From positions 196 through 64,195 of the forward strand of contig DAIDHS010000010.1 in NCBI GenBank assembly GCA_027451985.1: a stretch of 64,000 nt of DNA. The letters run 5' to 3'. Position 1 is the stretch's first letter, and the number at the start of each line of letters is the position of its first letter. Made by a program: the position numbers and the translations under genes. Source of the stretch: Elusimicrobiota bacterium (GTDB lineage: Bacteria; Elusimicrobiota; Elusimicrobia; UBA1565; UBA9628). The notes beneath the pieces were generated by a model. The model was not told the origin of the DNA. It saw only the letters and a program-made list of their open reading frames with translations, and did not search any database. Of the stretch, positions 1 to 9,414 are shown in pieces.

Positions 1-382
1 GCTGGATGTTGTGCTGCGCGCAGACAGCGCGGCCGTCGCTATCAATGTCGCAGGATTTTTGCTCGAGGTAGATGAGGGATCCATCGTCCGGATAATCGGA
101 GGGCGCGGCGGGGGACTTCAGCGCCGCCTTGAGAATCGGATCGGCGATGTCCGCCGCGGTTTTTTCACCCGGGACGCCGAAGACGTGGACCAGCTTGACC
201 TTAAGCACCTGGGAGAGGGGGTAAGAGGTCTCGCGGCCGTCCGCCCTCAAGACGACGGCGGCCGAATCGATGCGGATCACGTCGCCGGAGATTTCTGCGC
301 CGGCATTGGTGAAGACGATGTCAGCATGTACCAGGCCTGGGGCGAGCGCGGCCAGAATTGCCGCGAGAGCGAGCTTTTTCAT
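1..382 (-). CDS. Exported DUF3857/transglutaminase-associated protein, N-terminal part (runs off window edge)
   Basis: Not in the ORF track. Manual translation from the ATG at 382 (ATGA overlap with the upstream stop) gives MKKLALAAILAALAPGLVHADIVFTNAG...DYPDDGSLIYLEQ. It has a signal peptide and a YPD..(S/A).(I/L)L motif like the neighbour's NYPGVDGAAL. Confidence 0.6.
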   Translation of the reverse strand, partial: MKKLALAAILAALAPGLVHADIVFTNAGAEISGDVIRIDSAAVVLRADGRETSYPLSQVLKVKLVHVFGVPGEKTAADIADPILKAALKSPAAPSDYPDDGSLIYLEQKSCDIDSDGRAVCAQHNIQ

Positions 383-2469
383 GCGCCCTCCTTCTTGAGA
401 AAGACGCGCTCGCGCGTCAAATGGGAGACCTGGTCGAGGAATTTCTTGTGGGCCTGGTACTCCGAGGCGGGGTAAATCAGCTGGGCGCGCTTGAAGTCGG
501 CCTCGCAGTTGAGGCGGCGGCCGCGCGCCTTGCAGTCCAGCGAAAAAGACTCGCCCGGGCCTTTGACCCGGACGGACTTGGGCGCGGATTCGACGCGAAA
601 GCCGGCGGGCAGGCTGATCGCGTAATGGTAGCGTTTTTCCTCAGGCTCATGGTATTCGATGGCGTAAAGGCGTTTGACCAGGGAAACTTCCGGGAAATCC
701 ATCTCGAAGTTCGGAAGCTTGAGGATGTAGAGGTCGCCCGCGCGGATGAGGTAGTCCGGAAGGCGGCAGCTCCAGCCGAGCAGGAAAGGTTTGGCGATGT
801 CCTCGGCGTTCTTCGCCTCGTAGGAGGTCAGGACGGCCGAGGGGCTGATGGCGGAGACCTGCTCCTCGAAGCTGGCCTTCAAATCGCTGGCCTTCAAGCT
901 CTTGTAGTAGCCGCGCAGTTCGGCCTCGTGCGTGCCGTCGTAACGGGCGGAGAAATCGACCGTCGCGTCGGCGTCCGAGCTCACGGCGACGCCGTACTCG
1001 TAGACGCTGGCGTTCTGCGAAGGCTTGGGCGTGGGCACGCGGATGATCTTGCGGCCGAAGACGTCTAACACCTTCACGCCGTAGTCCATGGCCGGAATCT
1101 GGGGGTAGCGGAAGTCCTCGCCCACGGAGTCGAGAAACATGCCGCGGCCGTCCAGCGTCACGTGGGTGATGGCATGCTCGAAATCGATGCCGGGAACCTG
1201 AAAATCATGGACGGCGCTGTAGTTGGTGTCGAGCAGGACAGGAGTCGAACGCACGCCGATGACGCGCAGCATCGTGGTCAGAAGCAGGGCTTTGTCGATG
1301 CAGCAGCCGTAACGCCGCTTCCACGTGAGGTTGGCGTCGTAGCCGCCCCAGCCGGAGGCGACGCCCATCTTGACCGCGATGTAGCGCACGCGCTTCTGGA
1401 CGTAGCGGTAGATCGCGGCGACCTTGGCCTGCTGGGTCGGTTCATCCTTGACGAGATTTAGGGTGAACTTCTTAAGCTCGGGGCTGGGCTTGGTCCGCGC
1501 ATCGTACATCTTGGCCAGCCAGGAATAGATGCGGCCCCAGCGGTCGAAGAGGGAGGCCTTGACGTATGGCGAGATGTCCTCGTATTGGACCATCCGCGGC
1601 TCGCTGATGATGGGCGGCAGGTTGCGCAGGCGCCATTCGTAGGTTGTGCGGCCGTGGGCCTTCGTAACGATGGGCTTGGCCAGGCTTTTCCATTTCCCGG
1701 AGAAATTGCGTGCAGAATAATACAAGGTGCGCCCCTGGGGCACGGAAATGCGCAGGGCCGACTCTTTGACCGGAACCCAGTCCTGGAATCCCCAGTTGGG
1801 GAAAAAGAAGTCCTTGCGGAACGGGTTGTAGGTTTCGGTTTCAACTTCCCATTCGATAATGGATCCGACCTCAAGCTGGGGGAGCTGGTAAGAGGCGACC
1901 CGGTAGTCCTGGAAAAACAACGATTCGGCTTGCGGGCTGGTGACTCGGATTTTGGAGCGATCCAAGGGATAAACTCGTCCGTCCGGCTCGTAGACCGTCG
2001 CCTTCAGGATGTTCACGCGGCTGCGGCCGTCTTCGAAAGAGCCCGAGACCTGCCCCCAGGAGCTTTCCAGCCCTTCCTTTAATATCTGGCCGATGAAGAG
2101 TTGGCGCTCCACGCGCGTGCCGTCGGGCCGGAGAACGATGTCGTCGTCCTCGGCCAGAGCCGCGCCGTCGACGCCGGGATAATTCTTCTCGAACGCCGCG
2201 GCTTGGCGGAAAAGTTCTGTTCCGCGCGCGGCCAGAGCCGGGTTCGCCGCCGCGGAAGCCTGTTCGGGGAGGGCGGCTTGGGCGAAGCGGATCTCCTCAA
2301 CGGCCTCGCGCGGCAGGACTTTGCCGTCCGGGAGGATGACGCCGGCTTTGTCAACGAGAACGGGGGAAGCGTTTTTTTCTCCGCCCGCGCGCAACTTCAA
2401 GACGGCCGCGGACGATACGGCAGAAAAACTCAAAATGACGGCGATGACGGCGGACAGGACTCGGGGCAT
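379..2469 (-). CDS. Exported DUF3857 + transglutaminase-like (papain-fold) domain protein
   Basis: Signal peptide; GSIIEWEVE, VRYIAV, RYGCCIDKALLL (Cys), FEHAITHV (His), FLDS (Asp). Start moved to the ATG at 2469 after GGAGG. Confidence 0.85.
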   Translation of the reverse strand: MPRVLSAVIAVILSFSAVSSAAVLKLRAGGEKNASPVLVDKAGVILPDGKVLPREAVEEIRFAQAALPEQASAAANPALAARGTELFRQAAAFEKNYPGVDGAALAEDDDIVLRPDGTRVERQLFIGQILKEGLESSWGQVSGSFEDGRSRVNILKATVYEPDGRVYPLDRSKIRVTSPQAESLFFQDYRVASYQLPQLEVGSIIEWEVETETYNPFRKDFFFPNWGFQDWVPVKESALRISVPQGRTLYYSARNFSGKWKSLAKPIVTKAHGRTTYEWRLRNLPPIISEPRMVQYEDISPYVKASLFDRWGRIYSWLAKMYDARTKPSPELKKFTLNLVKDEPTQQAKVAAIYRYVQKRVRYIAVKMGVASGWGGYDANLTWKRRYGCCIDKALLLTTMLRVIGVRSTPVLLDTNYSAVHDFQVPGIDFEHAITHVTLDGRGMFLDSVGEDFRYPQIPAMDYGVKVLDVFGRKIIRVPTPKPSQNASVYEYGVAVSSDADATVDFSARYDGTHEAELRGYYKSLKASDLKASFEEQVSAISPSAVLTSYEAKNAEDIAKPFLLGWSCRLPDYLIRAGDLYILKLPNFEMDFPEVSLVKRLYAIEYHEPEEKRYHYAISLPAGFRVESAPKSVRVKGPGESFSLDCKARGRRLNCEADFKRAQLIYPASEYQAHKKFLDQVSHLTRERVFLKKEGA

Positions 2470-2562
2470 CAAAACCTCCCGAAAAGTGTGCTGTCCGCAC
2501 GATAGCATACTCTTGCTTGAGGCGCAACCAAAGCGGCGCTGGACGCCGGGATTTTCGACACG

Positions 2563-2576
2563 GGCTAAAGCGTTGC
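2563..2576 (+). promoter_or_regulatory. Sigma-54-like -24/-12 element upstream of dsrE-tusA-sqr
   Basis: GG CTAAAGC GTTGC followed by an AT-rich tract, about 45 nt before the ATG at 2620; same motif recurs upstream of other units. Confidence 0.5.
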
Positions 2577-2619
2577 ATAAATAAAAAGGCGTATGCCGGA
2601 TTCCGAATGCGGAGGTGCT

Positions 2620-3024
2620 ATGGCGGAGAAATTCTCAGTCATCATGTTCAGCGGAACGGCCGATAAATTCATCCCGCTGGGAGTCTTGACGCAGGCAGCG
2701 GCGGCCATGGAGATGGAGGTCAGCGTCTTTGTAACGGGTTTCGCTTTGGGGGCTTTCGCAAAAAAACACATGGAGCCTCCGTTTCCCGCCGAATTCGCGG
2801 CCATGGCCCCGGCGTTGGCAAAAGGGCTCAAGGCGGCCAAGGTTCCTTCTTGGGAGGAAATGCTGCGCCAAGCGAAGGATCTGGGCGCCAAGGTTTATGC
2901 CTGCTCCATGATGAGCGAGGTCATGGGGCTGAAGAAGAGCGATTTCAGCGACTTGGTCGATGATGTGGTGGGGGCCGCCACATTTTTGGAGAAGGCTGAA
3001 AACGGGCAAACCATCTTTATCTGA
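2620..3024 (+). CDS. DsrE/DsrF/DrsH-like (DsrE2-type) sulfur-carrier protein
   Basis: FSGTADK, VYACSMMSEVMGL, DDVVGAATFL motifs; GGAGGT RBS before ATG 2620. Confidence 0.85.
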   Translation: MAEKFSVIMFSGTADKFIPLGVLTQAAAAMEMEVSVFVTGFALGAFAKKHMEPPFPAEFAAMAPALAKGLKAAKVPSWEEMLRQAKDLGAKVYACSMMSEVMGLKKSDFSDLVDDVVGAATFLEKAENGQTIFI

Positions 3025-3027
3025 GCT

Positions 3028-3273
3028 ATGGACGCCGGAGCAACGCGCCGCAGGGTGGTCGACGCCAGAGATAAGTCTTGCCCCGGGCCGATCACGGACT
3101 TGGCTTTGGCCTATAGGCGCTCCAAGATCGGCGACGTTATAGAGCTGTGGGCGACTGATCCGGGCGTGCGGGCCGACGTGCGCGCCTGGGCCGCCAAAAC
3201 GGGAAACGAACTTGTTTCCCTGGAAGACAAAAGCGGCGCCATCGTGAGCGTGTTGCGTATACTAAGGAGATGA
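3028..3273 (+). CDS. tusA: TusA-family sulfurtransferase
   Basis: 81 aa with DARDKSCPGP (CPxP) and ATDPG...DVRAWA motifs. Confidence 0.9.
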   Translation: MDAGATRRRVVDARDKSCPGPITDLALAYRRSKIGDVIELWATDPGVRADVRAWAAKTGNELVSLEDKSGAIVSVLRILRR

Positions 3274-3274
3274 T

Positions 3275-4474
3275 ATGGGCGGTGTGCTGATTCTGGGCGG
3301 CGGCACGGGCGGAACGTTGCTCGCCAACATGCTCGCGCGCCGCGGCATTGAGATTACCGTGGTCAGCGAGTCGCCGGAGCACCTCTTCCAGCCGGCCCTC
3401 CTCTACATCGCCCTGGCCGGCGCTGGCGCGGACATCGTCCGGGACGAGCGCGCTCTGCTCGCCAAGCGCGTTCGGTTCGCACGGGAGCGGATTGTGCGGG
3501 TGAATCTCGCCGCCCATCGGGCAGAGGCCGCCTCCGGGGCTCGTTTCGATTATGACTCCTTGGTTGTGGCTACCGGTGCGCGGGCGGAACCGGCGCAGAT
3601 CCCCGGCCTAGCAGAAATCGCGGAGCGCTACGGCAACTACCACTCCGGAATAACCGCGGCGCAAAAACTTTGGAAGGCCCTCGACTCCTTTCGCGGCGGC
3701 ACCGTGGCCGTGGGTCAGGCTTCTCCGATCTGCGTGTGCCCGCCGTCGCCGGTCGAGGGCGTTCTGCTCATCGACAAGCTTCTGCGCCGAAGGTGGCTTA
3801 GAAGCAAGTCTCGCCTGATTTTCTTCACACCTTTTCCGCGCACATATCCGGCCGAACCGATTAATGAAATTGTGGAACCGCTTCTCAAAGCCCGCGGCAT
3901 TGAAGTTAAGACTTTTTTCGACGTGGACCGCGTGGAACCGGCGTCCCGCACCATTTTTTCCATCGAGGGCGAGCGCATCGACTGCGACCTGCCCATCATC
4001 GTTCCGCCCGTTTGCGGCGCGGACGTCGCTTACGAGCCGGACGGCGCGCTCAACGCCGATCGTTTCATCGCAGTCGACAAGAAGACGCTGCGCATCAAGG
4101 ATACAGACTCCGCCTACGCCATCGGCGATGCCACGGATCTGCCGACCTCGAAGGCCGGCGCGGGCGCCCATCTTCAGGCGAAGACGGTTTTCAGGGAGCT
4201 GATGGGGGAGCCGGCGGAATTCAACGGCCGCACGCATTGCGCCTTCGATCTCGGAAACGGCACGGGAACTTTCGTCATCAGCTCCTACTCCGCTCCGGCC
4301 GTGCGGTACCCACCGACGCGCATCAAGCGCCTCATGAAGATGCTTATGGGCCGCGTTTACTGGCTGAGCCTCAGCGGGCTTTTCGAGACGATTTTCAACT
4401 GGTACTTTTCCTGGACCGCGCCTGAGCGTCTCGCGGCGCGTTGGCCTAGGTTTTGGAGGCGCGCAAATCGATGA
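3275..4474 (+). CDS. sqr: Sulfide:quinone oxidoreductase-like FAD disulfide oxidoreductase
   Basis: GGGTGG FAD motif, HLFQPALLY, YDSLVVATG, CPPSPVE (Cys1), AIGDATDLPTSKAG, GRTHC (Cys2). Confidence 0.75.
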   Translation: MGGVLILGGGTGGTLLANMLARRGIEITVVSESPEHLFQPALLYIALAGAGADIVRDERALLAKRVRFARERIVRVNLAAHRAEAASGARFDYDSLVVATGARAEPAQIPGLAEIAERYGNYHSGITAAQKLWKALDSFRGGTVAVGQASPICVCPPSPVEGVLLIDKLLRRRWLRSKSRLIFFTPFPRTYPAEPINEIVEPLLKARGIEVKTFFDVDRVEPASRTIFSIEGERIDCDLPIIVPPVCGADVAYEPDGALNADRFIAVDKKTLRIKDTDSAYAIGDATDLPTSKAGAGAHLQAKTVFRELMGEPAEFNGRTHCAFDLGNGTGTFVISSYSAPAVRYPPTRIKRLMKMLMGRVYWLSLSGLFETIFNWYFSWTAPERLAARWPRFWRRANR

Positions 4475-5726
4475 TGCGCCGCAGCTTGCCCGTGCGGGGG
4501 TTGGTTTCCAGTTCTCCGGGCGCGCGCCACTCCACCCGAAGCGGGTGGATTTTGTCTTCCCCAACGAAGCGCCGCAGCATGGGCTGGCGGATGTGGAGGG
4601 CTTGGACGATGCGGCGTTCGAGCGGTTTCCTTTCTTTCGGCGGGACGCGGGCGGCGACGCGCAGGGCTAATCCGTCTTTGCCGCCGCGGTGTTCCATGAC
4701 CATCTGCAGCTGGATGGGGCCTGACCGTGGCAGGGACTCCCTGACCGTCTTGAAGGCCTCATCGAAGCCCACGGACAGGGAGGCGACGCGGGCAGAGTCT
4801 TCCGAGCGTCCAAGAAGCCGGTACTTGCGGTTGGACGCTCCTTTAGGCTCAATCCACATCGCCCGATCGCCCACGGGATAGCGGATAATCGGCATCAACC
4901 GCCGCGTTAGGGAGGTGACGAACGCGAGCCCCTCGCGGCCGGGCTCGGCAAGGGGATCACCCGTCTTTTCGTCCAAGATTTCATAGACGGAATGCCCATC
5001 GCAAGAGCGAAACTCGTTGGGCCCGCAGCCGGGGTCCGCGTAACCCAGCATTCCCGCGTCGTTGCTCGCGTAGCCGATGGAGCGGATGCGGGCTTTAGGG
5101 AAGGCCGCATGGGCCTGAAGGCGCTGATCGGGTTGCATGGGTTCGCCCGCAAAAAGGATGAGCCTTATCTTGGGCAGGCAAAGCCCGCGAGTTTTGAGGA
5201 GTCCGGCCAGGGCCGAGATCGTGCTCGGCAGCCCCGCGAGCACGCTAGCTTCGTGCTCTTTGAGGAGGGAAATCGTGTCGGGCGGCGGCGTCGTGCCCGT
5301 GATGGGCAGTTGGAGCGTACGCACGGGGCATTCCTCAAGCACTTTGTGGGTGAAGAGGAACGAGCCGTAGAGGGCCCCTGAATAGAAGAGGTTTGCGACA
5401 CGATCGCCGTTCCGAAGACCGCTCAAGGCCAGCTTGCGGGCGAAGTAGGCGGAAAATTCGTTCCATTCGTCGCGGGAGAAGACGGAAAATTTCGGCTTTC
5501 CGGTCGTCCCGCCGCTGCGCAGCAGAATGCCGTCCCTGATGGGTCCGGTCAGGAGCCGGTTGCCGCGGTAGGAATTGGCCCGCCAGAAGTTTTCTTGGCG
5601 TACGGCGGGGAGGGACACAAGCGAATCGATTTTTTGCGGAAGGCCGCGGTAAAGTTGGCGGTAAAACGGGGAGCGCTTGCGCGCGAAGGCGATGAGCGCC
5701 GCAGCGGTCTTGCCTGGGTGTGCCAT
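4446..5726 (-). CDS. PaaK-like adenylate-forming ligase (leupeptin-type ligase candidate)
   Basis: SGGTTGKPK P-loop, AGEP, GYASNDAG, PIIRYPVGD, LLGRSED, TGKLRRIIDLR. Confidence 0.85.
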   Translation of the reverse strand: MAHPGKTAAALIAFARKRSPFYRQLYRGLPQKIDSLVSLPAVRQENFWRANSYRGNRLLTGPIRDGILLRSGGTTGKPKFSVFSRDEWNEFSAYFARKLALSGLRNGDRVANLFYSGALYGSFLFTHKVLEECPVRTLQLPITGTTPPPDTISLLKEHEASVLAGLPSTISALAGLLKTRGLCLPKIRLILFAGEPMQPDQRLQAHAAFPKARIRSIGYASNDAGMLGYADPGCGPNEFRSCDGHSVYEILDEKTGDPLAEPGREGLAFVTSLTRRLMPIIRYPVGDRAMWIEPKGASNRKYRLLGRSEDSARVASLSVGFDEAFKTVRESLPRSGPIQLQMVMEHRGGKDGLALRVAARVPPKERKPLERRIVQALHIRQPMLRRFVGEDKIHPLRVEWRAPGELETNPRTGKLRRIIDLRASKT

Positions 5727-8248
5727 CAGCGTTTGCGCTCGTCGATCACGCGCAGCAGTTTTCCGCTGGCGGCACTGCGCTTAAAGCCGGCGCCGGGCGT
5801 TTCTTCGGCGCCAAAAAGCAGGGTCTTATCATTCAAGACTACTTCCGCCAGATCTCTGTAATGCTCGAGGCAGGACTTCACGCACTGGGCGGCGCTCAGG
5901 CCGGCGCCCTTGGAGACGCGCAGCAGAATTTTTTCTCGGCGGTTTTCCTCGCGCAGACAGATTTGCAGCTCTCCCGCGTACCCGGCGTGGGTCGAAAGGA
6001 TTTGCGCGAATTTCTGGTAGTTGAAGAAGGCCGTCCCGATTCGAAAAATGTCACCGACGCGGCCCAGGAGCTTGAAGCGGGGGGAAAGCCGCCCGCAGGG
6101 ACAGGGTTCTCCGGGCTTGCCCAGCACCCAATGGCCCATGTCGCCGATGGCGTAGCGCGGAGGCTTGCCGGACCCGGGCTCGCGCGGCGAGAACACCAAG
6201 CGCCCGACTTCTTCGCCCGAGACCGGACGGTCCTCATCGAGTTTTAGGATCTCAAGATGATGGAGTCTTTGCTGCAAATGGTGCACGCCGTCGGCGCAGC
6301 GCCCGCACTGGAATCCCATTGGGCCGATGTCAACGCTGCCGTAGGCCGCGGAGCGGATGAGGCCTACGCCGAAGCGCTCCATCAGGCGCCGCCGCTGGGC
6401 TTCGGTGAAGTGCTCGCCGCCGTAGAAAATCTTCGCTACGCCGCGGTAGCGCCCGAGCAGCGCGGCGTTCTCCTCGAAGAGATTCATGAGGTAGGAAGGC
6501 ATGCCCAGAAGCGCGTTGACCTTGTAATCGACGATGGCCTGCGCGACCATCTTGAGATCTTGATGGGCGGCCATGGGAAACTGGGCAACGCGCAGCCGCT
6601 CCAAGGCGGAAAAGATGCTGATGAAGCCCCCATAAAGCCCGCCGCAAAAGAACAGGTTCATGACACGATCCTTCTCCGGGTCGAGTCCGGCGGCGTAGAG
6701 CCCTTGCGCCCCGAAGAGCATGTCATCGTCGTATTGGTCGTAGGTGAAGGTCGAAAGCTTGGGCTTGCCAGTGCTGCCTCCACTCTTGAAGAACAGTCGC
6801 GCTTGCGGATTCTCAGAGGAAAACTTTTCCTTGGCAGTAATCTTGGGGAGAGACGGCCAGGGCGGAGGCGGGTAAAGGGTCAGCTCGTCGAAAGCGGAAA
6901 TGCCTCGGCTCGGTACGGGCGTCTGCGCAGAGACGCGGCGGCAATAGCGCTGCAAGGCATAGAGCCCGTCGTGGGGCTCGCCGGAGTAGCTGCCAGTCAT
7001 CGTGCCTAAGCGGCGCACTCGAGTCGCGCCGGCCGAAATCAGCCGCTGATTCAGCTCATAGACGTCCGCGGCGCCGCAAGCGAGGCCGACGGTCTGCAAA
7101 TAGGCTTTCATCGGGCGCAGGACCCGGACGATGTCTTGCCGCGGCAATGGCTTGACCCAAACGGTGCGGTAAAGCGGCGAGGGCGTCAGCGCGGGCCGGG
7201 CATCGGCCAGGACGCGCCAAGCGCCGTCTTGAGCGGCAAGGACCCGGGCCTTTCCGAGGCAGGACTCCAGCTCCTGGCACTGCGCGACCATGCTGATTTC
7301 GGCCGCGGCCGCGTCGTCTGGCGCAAGGCGCGGCATGGTCTTGGAGACGCGGGCCAAAGTCCCGGCTAAATTCTCGGCCAACCGATTTGCGGCGCCCCAT
7401 TCTGCCGCATCGACATAGACGCATTGCGGACTGGAGCAGGAGAGCTGCTCCAGACGGCAGCACTCTCTCGCTACCTCGTCAAGCGTTTCGGAACGGGAAG
7501 CGGACTCTTTAGAAAGGTAGATGAAGGAAATGCGGTGTCCCCACTCGACGATGCGCGCGCTTGCGGGCGCCATTGTCCGGATGGAGGCGATGGCGCTCTC
7601 GCCGCCCCATGCCGCGATGCCGTCGGCGGCGGCAAAAACTTTGGACAGCAGGTCCCGCCGCTTCGACGGGATGCACGCGGCAATGAGATAGTTGTTGAGG
7701 GCGCCCGAGGAGTCGTTGCGCGCAAGAGCCTCCAGCAGGATTTGCGCGAAGCCGCAGTCGTCCGCTCCGGTTTTGACGAAATTGACGTTTCCCGACAGCA
7801 GCCCTTCGACCGCGCTCATGGCTCCGGTAGCGAAGGAGTTTTGCGGCGAGACGTGGACTAGGAGCCCCAGCGGCGCCCAGGCCTCGAAGAGATCGTCCTG
7901 GTAGGAGACGCGATTGAGCAGGAAAGGGCGCTTGGATCCCAGTTCGCGCTTCAGTTTGGCTTCGAGCGCCTCGCGTCCCAACATACCCGCGATTTCGGAC
8001 AAGGCTGGCGCGATGTCCGTCCGGCGCGCCGCGCCGGACATCAGGAGCGTTTCTTCCAGCCGCCGGCGCAGCGGGGAGCGTTTGTCTAAAAGGGCCAGCG
8101 CCGTTTTGCCGCACGCGTCTAAGACCGCGGCGGTCGCCGCGGGTTCCGAGGGGATTGAGAGCGCGCCCAGGGCGGCGACGCGCTTTTCCAGTTCCTCGTC
8201 GTTGATCCACTCGCCGCGCCAAAAGTGGGGCTTCATGCCGCGCGTCAT
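5726..8248 (-). CDS. Fusion of LuxC-type acyl-protein/acyl-CoA reductase and PaaK-like ligase
   Basis: N-half: WAPLGLLVHV, AWGGESA, EWGHRISF, EQLSCSSPQ (catalytic Cys), HDGLYALQR. C-half: SGGSTGKPK, YGGEH, YGSVD, RYAIGD, SGKLLRVIDER. Start at ATG 8248 overlapping the luxE-like stop. Confidence 0.85.
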   Translation of the reverse strand: MTRGMKPHFWRGEWINDEELEKRVAALGALSIPSEPAATAAVLDACGKTALALLDKRSPLRRRLEETLLMSGAARRTDIAPALSEIAGMLGREALEAKLKRELGSKRPFLLNRVSYQDDLFEAWAPLGLLVHVSPQNSFATGAMSAVEGLLSGNVNFVKTGADDCGFAQILLEALARNDSSGALNNYLIAACIPSKRRDLLSKVFAAADGIAAWGGESAIASIRTMAPASARIVEWGHRISFIYLSKESASRSETLDEVARECCRLEQLSCSSPQCVYVDAAEWGAANRLAENLAGTLARVSKTMPRLAPDDAAAAEISMVAQCQELESCLGKARVLAAQDGAWRVLADARPALTPSPLYRTVWVKPLPRQDIVRVLRPMKAYLQTVGLACGAADVYELNQRLISAGATRVRRLGTMTGSYSGEPHDGLYALQRYCRRVSAQTPVPSRGISAFDELTLYPPPPWPSLPKITAKEKFSSENPQARLFFKSGGSTGKPKLSTFTYDQYDDDMLFGAQGLYAAGLDPEKDRVMNLFFCGGLYGGFISIFSALERLRVAQFPMAAHQDLKMVAQAIVDYKVNALLGMPSYLMNLFEENAALLGRYRGVAKIFYGGEHFTEAQRRRLMERFGVGLIRSAAYGSVDIGPMGFQCGRCADGVHHLQQRLHHLEILKLDEDRPVSGEEVGRLVFSPREPGSGKPPRYAIGDMGHWVLGKPGEPCPCGRLSPRFKLLGRVGDIFRIGTAFFNYQKFAQILSTHAGYAGELQICLREENRREKILLRVSKGAGLSAAQCVKSCLEHYRDLAEVVLNDKTLLFGAEETPGAGFKRSAASGKLLRVIDERKR

Positions 8249-9414
8249 CGTCCGGATCCCAAAAGTTCGGCGGCCGCCAGCGCGCAGCTTTTGTTCTTGG
8301 ATGTGCCGGCGCGTCCATGCACGACGAAGTACGGGCTCGTGATGCCGCAGCCGCATCCGGCGCCGGGATGGAGGGAAGCCAAGTCGCCCATCAGGACGCT
8401 GTGCGCAGGGATGGAGGTGAGAAACGGGGTCAAGAATTGCAGGAAGCCCGGCTTGCCCATGCCCAAGGGCTCCAAGCTTCGCACGTCACGGATGACGGCC
8501 TGCGACCAGACGGGGACGTGAAAATGGTGTCGGGAGCATTCCGCGTAGGGGATTGGGTGCTCGACCGCGCCAAAGCTGTCGCGGATGCGGGCTTGCGGGA
8601 TACCTAAAAGCTCTTCCGTAAGGGCATAGAGCTCCTCCTTGGGCACGGCCTCATCGGCGTGGCCCTTCCATCCGCCGCCCAGGAACGCAAGAGACTTGGG
8701 AGAAAGGCGGAGGCCTTTGATTTTAAGATCGCGCATGCGCTTTAAGGTGAAGAACAGAAAAGCGGGAAATCCAAAAATGCGCACCGGTAGTCCTTGGGCC
8801 TCGTAGTGCTGCAGGCTGCGGATGCAGCCGAAGACGTCGAACTCGTGCGACCCCGTCCCGGTCCGACGCAGCGCGTGGAAGACGCCCTTGACCGGAGCGT
8901 ACTTGCAGAGATAGTTGTCGGTGTAGGCGGTGCCTAGGGATGATTCGAGCTCGGTTTCATAGCTGTAGAGCAGATAGTTCGTCTTGGTTTCAGGCGCCAC
9001 GAAGCCGAAATACTCGAAGACCCGGTCGACCATGCGCTGCCCTGCTGAGAACGACCAGCGGTCGAAGAATATCTGGGATTTCTGTCCGGTGGTACCCGAA
9101 GACGTGAAATGCGCGAAAACTTCGCCTCTTGGGATGGAAAGGAGCTCGTGCGTCTTGAAGATATTCGCGGGAATGAAGGGAAGGCGGGCGCAATCCGCAA
9201 GGGTTCGGACCGAGCCCGGAGCGAACCCGCGCAGCTTGAGGAGGCGGCGATAAAACTCGGAGCGCTTCGCGTGCCAGCGCGCGCACTCGCTCATGGCTTT
9301 GGCGAAAAGCTCTCCGTGGCCGGCCGCAAACGAATAGGGGTCGGCCAAGTCCGCGACGGCCTGCACCGCCGCGAGCGCTTTGGGATCGGGAACGCGGGGC
9401 TGCGCGGGTTTCAC
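8245..9414 (-). CDS. LuxE-type acyl-protein synthetase / ligase
   Basis: LPFIPANIFK, TSSGTTGQKS, FGFPAF, GGGWKGH, DSFGAVEH, VLMGD, GRAG...KSCA. GTG start at 9414 overlapping the MFS stop. Confidence 0.85.
   Translation of the reverse strand: MKPAQPRVPDPKALAAVQAVADLADPYSFAAGHGELFAKAMSECARWHAKRSEFYRRLLKLRGFAPGSVRTLADCARLPFIPANIFKTHELLSIPRGEVFAHFTSSGTTGQKSQIFFDRWSFSAGQRMVDRVFEYFGFVAPETKTNYLLYSYETELESSLGTAYTDNYLCKYAPVKGVFHALRRTGTGSHEFDVFGCIRSLQHYEAQGLPVRIFGFPAFLFFTLKRMRDLKIKGLRLSPKSLAFLGGGWKGHADEAVPKEELYALTEELLGIPQARIRDSFGAVEHPIPYAECSRHHFHVPVWSQAVIRDVRSLEPLGMGKPGFLQFLTPFLTSIPAHSVLMGDLASLHPGAGCGCGITSPYFVVHGRAGTSKNKSCALAAAELLGSGR

Noticed and set aside
4446-4474. 29-nt convergent overlap of sqr and the ligase gene as a regulatory feature
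   Set aside because: Short tail-to-tail overlaps are common; at most it marks a junction between modules.
4446-5726. Phenylacetate catabolism (paaK)
   Set aside because: No other paa genes; the context is biosynthetic.
5726-9414. Bioluminescence (lux) operon
   Set aside because: No luxA, luxB, luxD or luxG; the LuxC domain is fused to a ligase and flanked by GNAT, MFS and another ligase.
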